DNA from: Squalus acanthias
Lineage: Eukaryota
NCBI GenBank assembly: GCA_030390025.1
Contig: CM059432.1
Location: 148,926,001-148,990,000 of the forward strand
Reading direction: 5' to 3'
Length of the DNA: 64,000 nucleotides
In this document: positions 12,370-24,855 of the stretch, piece by piece
Layout: every line of letters starts with the position of its first letter
Position numbering within the stretch: position 1 is the first letter of the stretch
Notes under the pieces: generated by a model
Seen by the model: the letters and a program-made list of their open reading frames with translations, nothing else
Database searches by the model: none
Told to the model about the DNA's origin: nothing
Translations under genes and position numbers: made by a program

Positions 12370-14074
12370 CTATCGCAAGAAGCAAATTTACAACATCAGT
12401 ACTGCTCAGAATGCGTGTAAGCATAAGAGGACATTAGCTATCCAAACTAACTGGAGCAATGTGCTGTTTTGATAAACAAACAGTAATCCAGAAACCTTCA
12501 TGGGCAATGGTTTTCCTTTTCTCCTACCATATTATAATGCACTCGTTACTTGTTATCCACAATTCTGTAATAATTTCTGGAAAGTTTATTACGTCAACAT
12601 GTGCAGCACAGAAACAGATCCCACTGAATTCCAATCAAGTAAGATGTCACAAAATGCCGGCGTCAAAACATAGGGCAAAAGCCACTAACTTTCAGATTCA
12701 AACGTACTTAGAATTACAGAAGCATAGAAGTTCACAGCACAGAAGGAAGCCAGTCATGGATGCAGACCCAAAACTCGTCCAATTGCCCTCTCTCTCCATA
12801 GCACTTTATCTTCCTTGGCTTTAACTATTCTTCCCTTATTGATGCAATGGTCTTTGCCTCCTCCGAAAGAATTTAAAATTGTAGCTTGCATACAACAGCG
12901 GTTGCACCTGAAACTGCTACATGTCGATAATCGGTTTTGCCAGTCTAACGAGTGTGCTGTTTATTCCTTTGTCCAATCTACAACCACTTTGATTAGTTTA
13001 TAATATTGGGCATTGGTAGACTACATTTAATCTCTTATCTTTGGTAGGCCACAGTTACAATCATTCCTCGAATTAAATTACTAACGAAGGTAATGTTTTG
13101 AGACTTGATTACCGTCAGTAAAGCAGTTCGTTTAACGGTCTGCAGGATGGGCCATTAACCCAGAGACAATAGAAGCTTGTGATGAGACTGGAGACAGAGA
13201 TAGGAGGGGCCCAAGTACCGTCTGTGCCTGTATGTATCATCAATATGATTGGGTAGGTTGGGGGGGAGGCGGAGACATGATTGGACAAATTCTGCTGCAA
13301 GTTCCTTTTTTGGGGGTACAACCAGGGAGCTTGGAACCACTCTCAGTGCAGAAGATTCAACAGCGAGCACCTGGAAGCTGAACGAGGATGAACTGAAGAG
13401 GGAACGTGGAACAGGACTTCACAATCTCCACCCAAGGATCAACGGAGTACTGTAATTCTCAATAGTTCCTTGCTGCTGCTCAAATACTGTAATGTATTAA
13501 ATCTTACTTATATCAAATAAAAACCACCAGTTACCAATCAGCTTCAGACAATTGGAAAGAGTCCAAAAAGGGCTAGACCCCATATCCCTGTATCTTCCTC
13601 TGCTTTATCTGTTCTTCCCTTATTGATGCAATGGTCTTTGCCTCAACCACTGCTTGCAACAAAGATTTGCATGCTTTTAAGAATTCTTCATGTAAAAAAA
13701 ATTGCTCCTAACTCTTAGTGAGTATGAATGGATTACCACTAGCTCCTCGACTAGACAAAATATAGTCTTTCCTTACTGATTATATCAAAACATTTTATAA
13801 TTTTAAAAACCTTCATTAAAACTCGGCTTAGCCTTCTCTGCTCCAGTACAAGTAGTTCTATTAGCTCAAGGGCAATTAGGATAGGCAATAAATGCTGGCC
13901 TTGCCAGTGACACCCATATCCTATGAACGAATTAAAAAAAGTTCCATAGGTAATGGGTAGTGTTGGCAAGATTAATCTCCTGGGCACGCCTGCAATTAAT
14001 CCGGTAGAAAAATAATTTTGAGGCATCACAGCTGAACCTGCCCATATCCAACGTCCACGTGTGCAGTTTCCAGA

Positions 14075-14900
14075 ATCCCTACTAAAGGAGAAAATAGAAG
14101 AACATCTGGAAACCAAAAATATAATAATGAATAGTCAGCATGGATATCAAAAAGGAAACTCCTGCTTGACCAACCCTATTGAATTTTTTGAAGAGGTAAC
14201 AGAGAGAGTAGACAATGATAAAGCAGTAGATGTAATTTATCTGGATTTTCAAAAGGCCTTCGATAAGGTACCCCATAATAGACTGATGAACAAGGTCAGA
14301 GAGGGGACAAGTAGCAAATGGATTGCTGGCTGGCTTCAGGACAGAAAGCAGAGAGTCGGAGTAATGGGTAGCTATTCACAGTGGCAGAAGGTGGGTCGTG
14401 GTGTTCCACAAGGATCAGTGCTGGGACCACTGTTGTTCACAATTTATATTAACGATTTAGACTTAGGAATCAAAAACACAATTTCTAAATTTGCAGATGA
14501 CACCAAATTTTGGGGGGGGAGGAATAGTCAATAGTGAGGAGGACTGCAGCAAATTACAGGAGGACATTAATAAACTTACAGAATGGGCATATAATTGACA
14601 AATGAAGTTCAACACAGATAAATGTGAGGTATTACATTTTGGTAGGAAGAATAGGGAGGTCACTTATCACTTGGAGGGTGCGAGTCTAGGTGGGGTAGAG
14701 GAACAAAGGGATCTCGGAGTACAAATACACAAATCACTAAAAGTAGCGACACAGGTTAGCAAGGCCATAAAAAAAGGAAACCAAGCACTAGGGTTTATTT
14801 CTAGAGGTATAGAACTGAAAAGTAGGGAGGTTATGCTAAACCTGCATCGAACCTTGGTTAGACCACACAGAGTACTGCGTACAGTTCTGGTCGCCATATA
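14075..14900 (+). mobile_element. CR1 LINE ORF2 (RT) fragment
   Basis: [58 protein letters not shown]. Confidence 0.92.
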
Positions 14901-14992
14901 CACATTATACACCTCTTTGCTCTTGTAGCCCAATTATAAAAACCAAACCTCTAATTTCACTTTTTAAGGCACTTGTATTTTCAAGGAATTAT

Positions 14993-15736
14993 GGCCCAAA
15001 AATTAGTGAGTGAGCCTTCGTGCGAGGGTAAGGCCTTCCCGCGATCTCTCACTGCGCGCTGGCTTTTTCAGTCCGAGCTCGCACGAACTTGATGTTCTGG
15101 ACAGCAGCTGTGCAGGGCTTTCGTATCCCACAGGCGTAGTTAATTCGTGCGAGCTGTGGGATCACGTGACTCAGTTAGAGCCAATGGCAGCACACCATCT
15201 TTCATTCATAGCTTTCACAGCACGGCTGTGAAAGCTATGAATACTATACCCCCCCAAAAGAACAGCTAAACCTCAATTACATTTTTTTTAAAAACCATCA
15301 CATTAATAAAATAAGTATAGTTAAATAAATTAACCATTTTAAACAAAAAATTAAATTTTTGAAAAAATTTAAAATCTTTTAAAAAGTTATAAAAATAAAC
15401 TTACCTGTCTTTAAAGTCTCTAAAAAAGATATACCTGTTAAAAAAAATTCAAAATAATACTTAATTAAGTACTTACCTTGTTAAAAGAGGGTCTTACGCC
15501 TCCTTTCTTTATGTCTAAAATCTTCCATGCTTACCTGCGCGTCCAAAGCACTAAGTGCACTGCGTGCGCGCAGCCTGTAGCGTGCACGCGGTTCACCTAG
15601 GAACCGCCCCCTTTTGAATTCACCAATTGCCGGTTTTCAGCGCATGCGCAGTGCATGCAGAAAACCGGCAATTGGAGACAGAATACGCGAGAGTACACAG
15701 TGCGTACTCTCACGTAGCGGCACTAATTTTTGGGCC
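14993..15736. mobile_element. MITE, PIF/Harbinger-like (16-bp TIR, 3-bp TSD)
   Basis: TIRs GGCCCAAAAATTAGTG / CACTAATTTTTGGGCC. TSD TAT at 14990-14992 and 15737-15739. Confidence 0.85.
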
Positions 15737-16030
15737 TATGTATTTGAATCCCTAGATCCTCCACATCCTTCAGTGTTTTTCTACTGAATTTATATTCCCA
15801 TTTCTTATTTTTCATACGAAAATACATTGTTTCACACTTTTCCACATTAAACTGTAACTGCCACCTGTCTGTCTGTTTCACGAACCTATCTATACCTCAT
15901 GAAGCCTTTTACAGTCCTCCTTGCTGTTTGCCAATCCCAGTTTTGTGTCATCTGCAGATTTTGATATTGTGTTTCCTGTGCCCATGTCCAAATCATCTCT
16001 GGGAACAGACAACAAAAGTAGACCCTGCAG

Positions 16031-16172
16031 CAATGTTCCCCTGAAGCTGTGCAGCCGCGCAGTGCTCTGCAGCTCCCACGCAGCAGCCTCACCGGCTTTT
16101 AAATAGGAAAAACTGCGCATGCGCGTTATTTTAAAGGGGCCGCGCACCCAACAAAAAATTGAGAGAACATTG
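16031..16172. mobile_element. hAT-like MITE (142 bp)
   Basis: TIRs CAATGTTC / GAACATTG. 8-bp TSD CCCTGCAG at 16023-16030 and 16173-16180. Confidence 0.88.
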
Positions 16173-16241
16173 CCCTGCAGTGACCCCAGGACACAACACT
16201 CCCAACTGCTCTCCATTCTGAGCAACACCCATTTACCCTAA

Positions 16242-16485
16242 ATCAAAAGCAAAATACTGCAGATGCTGGAAATCTGAAATAAAAACAGAAAATGCTGGAA
16301 ATACTCAGCAGGGTCAGGCAACATCTGTGGAGAGAGAAACAGAGTTAACGTTTCAGATCGATGACCTTTTATCGGAACTGGGGTTCTTAACTGGAAAGGT
16401 CATCAACCTGAAACATTAACTCAGTTTCTCTCTCCACAGATGCTGCCTGGCCTGCTGAGTATTTCCAGCATTTTCTGTTTTTCTA
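16242..16485. mobile_element. Penelope-like inverted pseudo-LTR insertion, family P2
   Basis: Inverted arms (aaaacagaaaatgctggaaatactcagcagg... / ...cctgctgagtatttccagcattttctgtttt). 15-bp TSD ACCCATTTACCCTAA at 16227-16241 and 16486-16500. Degenerate hammerhead motif at 16343-16379 (-). Confidence 0.8.
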
Positions 16486-19400
16486 ACCCATTTACCCTAA
16501 CTCTTTGTTTCCTTTCCAAACAGGTTTTTAATTTATGTTTCAACAACACGCCTGAATTTTTTTAATAAGCCTCTGTGAAACGTTATTGAATGCTTTCTGA
16601 AAATCCATATATCTACTGCATCATTGATTTTTTAAAAAACACAACTTTCCTTTAATACATGCTGGCTATTTTTCATTATCCTACGTACCTCTAATTTGAT
16701 TGCAACTTATGGATTTTAAAATTTGTCAAAACTGAAATTAGACTAAGTGATCTATATTTAGCTGGTTTAACCTTCTCTCTGTTCTTGAACAGAGGCATTA
16801 GACTCGTTACCCTCCAGTTCTTCACAATATGCGTCACGAAGCAGGTTTGAAAAATTATGGTTAATGCATCTGCCATCTCCTCTCTGCCTTCAACAGCCAT
16901 GAGTACATTTAAGTTCCGCAACTTCTTTCAGAACCAATTCCTTTTCTACAGTTATCTGTAACAATGTTCCACATCCTCCTCCAGTGCACTTACATTATAA
17001 TTTCTACCATATTTTGCAGGAAAAAAAATGCAAAATATTTATTTAATACCTTTGCCGTACCTTCATTCTCCACTAGATTTTCCTTTTGATTCCTGGGCGG
17101 TCCGAAACGCTGAACCGATTCTTTTACTTTTGATATTATAAAAATTATTTCCTTTTGTATTATCTACTACCTTTTTGTTCATACTCCCTTTTAGCCCCTC
17201 TAATCTCCACTTTTGTCACCTCATGACATTTTGTTCATATTACCCAAGAACTTCTTTAACATTGTTGACCCTAGTTTTATTATTTTAGTTTCAGGTGAGT
17301 TTTAATCTCTCTATTTATCCACAGACCTGTAACCTTTGATGCACCCTTTTTGCCTTAATTGGTAAAGGAAGGAAGGAAAAACAAATGTGCATTGACACAG
17401 TCGTCATCACAGCCCGAAGTGTTTCATAGACAATGAATGACTTCTGAAGTGTAATTGCTGCTGTGTATTTGATATTTTTGAGTACAAATCTATTTTGTTG
17501 TCTATTGAAGATTCTCCATTACTGATTCATTGTCCTGTTTGCCAACTTCTCTGTCCAATTAATTTGGGCCAGATCCCTTTACTCACTGAATTTCATCTTT
17601 TTCCAGTCCAGTACAGCACCCTTATCTTCGTTCATTATCCTCTTCTATTTTCATCTTGAATCTAAGTTGTGGTCGTTCTTTCCAAAAAGCTCTCCTACTC
17701 TACTTGTACTGCACATCCCAGATCTAAATCAAACATTTGCTTCTTCCCTGGTTGAACAGTAAACATGTTGATCTAGGAAGCAGTCTTTGACCACATACAT
17801 AGTTTTTATCACAGTATATCTTTGAATATATCTTGGGATATTTAAAATCACCCAATATTCTTCTCCTGTTCCTCTGACCAATCTGAAATGTCTATAAATG
17901 TCCCCCTTTAACACATCTCTGGTGACCAGTAATGATTACCAAGAATAGTACCATTCCAAATCCCCTAGAATATACCAATACTGTGACAGTACATTTATTA
18001 ATACTGCCACCCACCTTTTTTTCCCCTTTGCTCTCCTGAAAGTGTCACGACCAGGAATATTACGTTCCCAGTCCCAAACCTAAGCCACGTCTCTATCATA
18101 GTTACGACATCCTTCAGGTTCCAGCAAGTGACAGTGTCCCCAGTTGCTCAAGCTCAGAAGCTTTGAGCTCGAGTACAAGCGGTCGGCGACAAATGCAGGG
18201 CTTCCAGTCATCTAGGCGCACACAGCATTTAGGGCCTTCCACATCATGCAGGTACCACACATCACACGTTCCAGTTTTCTCTCCCCATAGTAAATCAACT
18301 TTTTTTCTCTTCAATAAAATCAAATCCAACACTTCAGTGACTGAAAAGCTCGTATCATTTTGGGCCAACTGTACCTCTGAGGCTGAGCTCCCACTGAGGT
18401 GAAACTCCACATTCTTCTGGCCCTTCACATTCCACTGGTCCTTTGTTCCTCAAAACTAATCTCCAAGTTCATTTCAGTTGTACTGTTTTAATTCGCCAAC
18501 CATTGCAGGAAAATTAAGGCCACTTGGCTAATCAATTAATGTAATACGGATTCAAACCAGCGCACAGGTAAGGCACGAAATAAACAGGTTTAAACAGTGC
18601 ATACTATTTAACAGTTAGAATGAAGTAGTCACAAGTACATTAAAATAAGTAAGAAAGTCAATACTCTCCAATCACTCTCGCTGAAGCTAAACTCCGTTGG
18701 GTTTAAAATATTCAACTTCTTCCTTTGACGTGTTTATGTCATCCTCTTGTTAACAGAAGAGGTGGTCACGTTCAAGCTAGATTTTCCAAGCATGCATTGA
18801 AATATTCATGAGCAGCTTCCCTACGTGGGAACATGATGATAGGGCTTAACTCTGTGGCAATGCTGTAGAGGGAGGTGGTGTTGCTTCAGCTAAGTTCAAT
18901 GTGAATCTTAAAAGGCACACAACAGCATCCTTTGTAGGATCCTCATTCAAAATTCTTCCTCCTTTGCTTACTATAGGTCACGTAGCCTTCCCTCAGTCTC
19001 AAAAATGTGGTCAAGATTAAGAAATCAACAGCATGGAAGATCACAGATAAGAACTCACTTCTCCAACAAGCTGCACTACCACATTACCCAAAGAATTAGC
19101 AACGGTATGGTATTCATGGGGCAAGGCTGCACCATTTATTTTGTACAAATAAAAAATGGTGATAACATGCCTTCAGTTCGTGTTAGAAGAAATAAATGCA
19201 AATGGTGGAACTGATAAAATACTGGGAATTACTAGCAATATAGCAGATCTGAAGACATATTGATTCAGGTGTAAATTCTTTCTTGGAAGTAAGTGGAAGA
19301 CAAGAGAATCTCCAAGTGCATTAAACAAAATAATGGGCGGATAGGGAGTGGAGGGAAAGAAGAGAACAAGAACAGATAAAAATCAATGATTAGGACTTTT

Positions 19401-21246
19401 ACCATTGAGTGGAGTTAATGTGTTAAATGCCAACAAACAGGTTCTTTTTTTAAAAAAAAACCTTGCAAAAGGTGAATACTGGTAAATAATAACCAAAGGT
19501 CACTCTGAGGCAATGAAAAAGCATCAAAAGCAAAAAAGTGCGGGAACATGCATTTGTGAGGTAATGAAAAGACTTGGGAAAGATCAATACATAAAGAAGA
19601 AAATGAGAAACAAATTTGAAAAAAAAATCTGAAATAAAAACAGAAATACCACACATACCCAGCAGATTTCTCAGCATCTGAAGAGATTAGAAAAGCCAAC
19701 ACACGGGTGCAGAGATTGTCCTAAAAACAAGCATTTGGACATGAGATTAAAAGGAAAGATGGGTCAGAGGAAAGTGATGGGGAAGAGGAGGAGGAATTGG
19801 GTTGGCTGGCATCCAAGAACTACTTGGATTTTCAGTCCTTGCTACCGGAGACAAATGAAAATCACGACAGCGAGGAACAGAACTTATTTTTAATTTGTCT
19901 CTTTCATCCTATTCACCAAAATTGTTGTCCTTTTGCTTTCTTGATTGTGATTGTGCATTTACTACAGCTACATCTCTTTTCTCTGCATTTGCCTCCCCCA
20001 ACTGCTCCAATTCATTCCACGTGGATTCCACTTCAGCTTTCACCATTCCTCTTTTGGATCTACTCCTGACGATTGATGATATTCAATGCTCTTAACATCA
20101 CTGCTCTTGCTGTTTCATGCAATCCACGCTCTCTGCCACATGCCACCGCACACGCTTTTGACCTCTCCCTTCAGCAGCAACAGCTTCAACCAATATCACA
20201 GCTGTCTTGATCCTCCATTCCAAGTCATCCTTTATCTCATCCGTCACTTCCATTTAAAAAAAAATTCTTCCTCTCGGGTACTAAAGGACCAAAATCTCAG
20301 GCATTTGTATGTTTACGGTGTTTTTTCCACTTATTATTACATTTCTTGCATTTGCAGTTTTTTTTCTTTTCTTTTTTCCAATTTTTCTGTGTCTCTTTCC
20401 TGTGCCTTTTCATCACCTTACTTAGCTATCCTTGTGCCTTTTCCTTCTACTCATGGCCTCACTGAATTAACCTTTACATATCATGTTGGTTTTCATCTCT
20501 TGCAAGCTTTTCAAAAAAGCTGTTTGCTGGCCAGTTAACCCATGAGCTCCTCTTTGACATATTCTTATCCTTCACCCGTTGTTCTCTTGTCCCCCCTGCC
20601 TTGACTAGTTCATTCCGATTAAGGGGCTGTTTTGTCATTCACTTTACAATTCTGATGAACGATGTACACTTGGTACGTTAATAAAGTCCTTCCTCTTGAC
20701 AGATATGGCGAAGTTCCAGCATTTTCTGCTTTCATTTCAGGCAGTATCATCCACTTCTTCAAAATATTGAAGGATAAAACACACCATTACATGTTCAATG
20801 AAATCAAGATGCTTTAAAGGAAACTGAGTTATTTTTACTTATATTAGATTAGTTTTTCATATTCCTACATTGCAGTGACTTGCACACATGCCAAGATTAA
20901 TGAAAAGCACATGTGAATTTCAGTGCTGAACATTTTCTGCCCAAAGTCCTATCGACAGTACAGTCAGCTTCTTTAAACATACCATTGTAGTTTTACGGTC
21001 ATAAAACATTCCACATGTCCACTAGTCAAGCTACATCCAATCAAACCAGGTTTATTGCAGATTTGTGGTTAAACCTGAAACAACACTGGACGACATAAAT
21101 TCTACAGTACTGTGGAATTCAATTCAGGAGTTCATAAAATCTAATACATTTATTAACTAGATAAATGTAAATCTGGCTATTAAACCACGACTAAATACCA
21201 CACACAACAGTCAGATATTTGGTGTTCACTCTTAGTGGCACGATTG

Positions 21247-21690
21247 TCAGCCGTGGCTCAGTGGGCAGCACTCTCGCCTCCGAAGGTTATGGGCACAAGT
21301 CTCACCCCAGAGACTTGAGCATAAAAATCTAGGCTGACACTCCAGTGCAGTGCTGAGCGAGCGCTGCACTGTTGGAGGTGCCGTCTTTCAGATGAGATGT
21401 TAAACCGGGCCTCCGGCTCAGGTGGATGTAAAAGATCCCACGGCACGATTTCAAAGAAGAGCAGGGGTGTTATCCCTGTTGTCCTGCCCAACATTTATCC
21501 CTCCATCAACACAACAAAAACAGATTTTCTGGTCATTATCACACTGCTGCTTGTGGGAGCTTGCTGTGCACAATTGGCTGCTGCGTTTCCTATATTACAA
21601 CAGTGGCTGCACTTCAAGAGTACTTCATTGGCTGTTAAGCGCTTTGGGATGTCCTGAGGTTGTGAAAGGCAAGTCTCTCTTTCTTTTTAT
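21247..21690 (+). mobile_element. tRNA-derived Deu-domain SINE (SacSINE1-like)
   Basis: A-box-like gtggctcagtggg head. Deu-domain-like core gctgcactgttggaggtgccgtctttcagatgagatgttaaacc...gtaaaagatcccacggcac. L2-like tail gcgctttgggatgtcctgaggttgtgaaaggc. Confidence 0.8.
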
Positions 21691-23003
21691 GAATTAATAG
21701 CCAAAAGCAAAACTTGATATCTGGTGAAGGTACCTCCTTCCACAAAGCTAAATGGAAAAAAATAATCAAGAGCTCCTGCCTCTTTGTTGGGACTGCCATA
21801 TTGAAATGATCCATGTGTGAGGTGTTGCGTCTCAGTGTTGCACCCCTGAAGCCTAAGTGATATTCTCTACCAGCGCATGGCACGAGGCGGACACTACAGA
21901 CTACACCATAAACATTACCGCTCCTAAACCTTGATACTGCAGAGGTTAACAATTTTTCCTTTTGAGAAAACCACACACAGTGACAGGGGTCTACCTTTAC
22001 AACCACGATTCCCTGTAAAATGAGTTTCTGATCTCTCCTGAACCATCATTGCAAGCTGCTAAATGGAGGCCAAGGACTTCCTAAAGGGAAAAGCAAACTG
22101 AGGACATATTCTCCCTCCTATTTGTGCATCTCTTAGCAGCTAATTACAAAGTAGTAGTTGCACAGGTCTGGAGAATTGCACAAGGCATGAAGAAACCTAA
22201 AAGGGGGGAGATTAAAAAAAAAAATTCACACACACATCTTCACTTTCCCCTCCACCTCTAGCTCCATATTTTTTTAATCATCAATACCAGGCAATATTCC
22301 TAGCCTTAAGGACAATATACAAACTTGTTCCGAGATCTCATCTTGCTCTGCTTGATAGCCATCGATTATGAAGTGGGAGTGTGTGGTTCGGGTTGAGTTG
22401 TCAGTCAATATTCCTCACATACTCCCTGTTAACACCCTGACCATGCTTGACATCTCCTGACAGTGCTTCAGGAGTTCATTGGTAAAGTTTTCACTGCAGA
22501 GATCATGAGCTTTCTTTGAGGTCAGCGGCGATGCAACAGCTATCACCGCTGACTGCAAATTATGGGCCATTAAGATACATTCTAATAAGTAAAACAAAAT
22601 TTGTATAGATTACTCGTGAGGCTACATTTGACTAACTGTCGGTTTTGGGTTACCCTACCTTCAAACAAAGGTTTTGTTACATTGGAGAACAACAAGGTTG
22701 GCCCTGGAAGTTAAGACTCCAAATTATGGGAGCACCTTGCAAAGTTCAACTTGTTTTCAATGGAGAAAAGATGATTAAGGGGAGGCATGATCCAGGATGA
22801 ATATTCTGGACTTTTGTTCAATAATCTTTGGGTACCAGGGAGTATTTATGCAGTATTTTCCACCAGTCGAATACATAAGCAGGGCAGATTGCACATGGTG
22901 TGTGAAACGAACAGACTGGATGGCCAAATGGCCTTCTCCATGCTTTACAGCATTAGCCATTAGGCAAACCACGACAAAAGCAAGCTTAGTGTAAGTATTC
23001 AAT

Positions 23004-23138
23004 CAGGAATAAATCTATCAACATGAAGGTTAGAAAGAAAATAATCCTCAATACAAACACTGCATTTTATCTTGTACTGCTTTCCTTACCTTCATGATAT
23101 TAACAGCTTCCTGCTTAACCTGTGTGAGAGCTCCTGTT
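23004..23138 (-). repeat. Local duplicate of the 3' end of exon 23663-23841 plus its donor and adjacent intron
   Basis: caggaataaatctatcaac...ttaccttcat(g/t)atattaacagcttcctgcttaacc(t/c)gtgtgag matches 23584-23709. Confidence 0.92.
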
Positions 23139-23662
23139 TCATTCATATCATTTAAAAAATATGCCTTTCATGGATTTATTAGTTATCTTGCTTAGAAATC
23201 AATCAGCAATCTTATGCGCTGTAAGAGGATTATGTGAAAGGTCACATTGTCTATTTAACAATTCAAATGAGGCTGGTCCAGAAATTTCCAACTTTAATTT
23301 CAGGATTTCTGAGATTAATTTATTTTATTTCTAAAAGGCCTCAGGAGTAAAAACCTTGGGCGCACCCTAGTTTGCTTTCCTTTTTAAATGATGCAGGTGC
23401 ACATTTCCAAATACAGTTTTTTTTTAAAGTGTGCTTTTGTGAGAATTAAGCAAAGAACATTCTTGGCATTCTTATGAAAAGATAGCAGTTCGGCATAAAC
23501 TCCTCAACCATAATTCCCAATGTGTGCAAACCAATACAGCAGCATTTACCAGAGACCAAATCAGCTATCAACTCCATGTACTGCAGGAATAAATCTATCA
23601 ACGTTAGAATAAAAAACAATCCGAAACAAACATTACATTTTATCTGGTACTAGTTTTCTTAC

Positions 23663-23841
23663 CTTCATTATATTAACAGCTTCCTGCTTAACCCGTGTGA
23701 GTTCCTGTTGCAAGTTCTTTCGTTCTTCTTCACTTGCTTCCTCGATAGCCGTTATCTGCTTTTCCATCTCGTGCTTCAGCTTTTTACGACTCTCTTCAGA
23801 TTTCTGAGCTGTGACCAGTGCTTTCTCAAGTTCCTCAAACG
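23663..23841 (-). CDS. GOLGA4: GOLGA4 exon, 179 nt, (A)FEELEKALVTAQKSEESRKKLKHEMEKQITAIEEASEEERKNLQQELTRVKQEAVNIMK
   Basis: CAG acceptor ending at 23842, GTAAG donor from 23662, phase 1-0. Matches human AFEELEKALSTAQKTEE...LQQELSRVKQE. Confidence 0.96.
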
Positions 23842-24855
23842 CTGGAGAAACAAATAAAACTGAACACTAGAATCAAACCTGTTAATTTAATATGAATTTC
23901 ATACAGTTCTGTCAACAAGACCCACATTCAAACGTGACAGAGGTAGAACAAATCAAAAGCTAATTACAATTCAGCTAAGCTTTTTACAGCCCCAAGCTAC
24001 CCGACTCTTGGATCACAATATGTTAGCTTTTCAACATCAGGATGGGGCACCAAGCAATACAATTAAAACATGTTACTTCATTATGCAGGACCAGATTTCA
24101 TCCACCATTGAAAGTTGAAGAGATGCAAATTCACACATATACATTGAAATTGCTTAAGCTGTACTTGGCCAAGTTAGGGTTTATGTGGTTCAGCTGAGAA
24201 AGTGGATCAATGCAAGTACAGGAGTGAAACAATTGAACAAATATGTAAACAATGTTATTCAAGAAGCTGCATTATTGCATCAATTAGAACCTCCATTAGA
24301 AACTACTGTCCCCAGCTTTGAAACATTGCAATGTTCAATTCAAAATTTAGTACAGATTTTTGCTCAAAAAGATAAAGTAATATCGATCAAGATTTCTCCT
24401 TATTTTGCAGGGTTGTTGAAGACTGATTTAACGTACATTCTCAACTCAGATCCCACTCTATCGAATTAATGACACCAGAAACCTTCTAAAACCAGCAATT
24501 ATTTTGAAGTTAATGGAGGGAATAGCCAACAGCTATGTAACAAGTTGAACCTGCCCTTTTACCTTAACGCTACAAATATTTTAATTTCATGCAACTGTCA
24601 TTAGAATATATGCTTGGATAGATGGCATCTAAATCAATGAAGAGCTCAGCTTGTACAGTTTTGAGAGACTACTCTGCCAAATGAATTCCCTAAATTAGGA
24701 GTTTCGCACTATAACCTTGCTTTTCCTATAACATTCCCATTTATAATGTTAAATAATTCTCAATAAAGTTTCCAAAAAAATTGAATGATTTACAACATTT
24801 AATTGATGAAATAACATTAATAAATAAATTGACCCATCAATTACTTTAGGCTTTC

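Larger units (their letters stand above)
14918..18260 (-). mobile_element. Ancient, long, decayed CR1 (ORF1 remnant to RT) carrying nested insertions
   Basis: Remnants ISKSADDTKLG (15890-16228), EMADALTIIFQ...PLFKNREKVKPAKYRSLSLIS (16691-16921), and ORF1-like CICRRPLVLELKASELEQL (~18120-18260). Confidence 0.65.
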
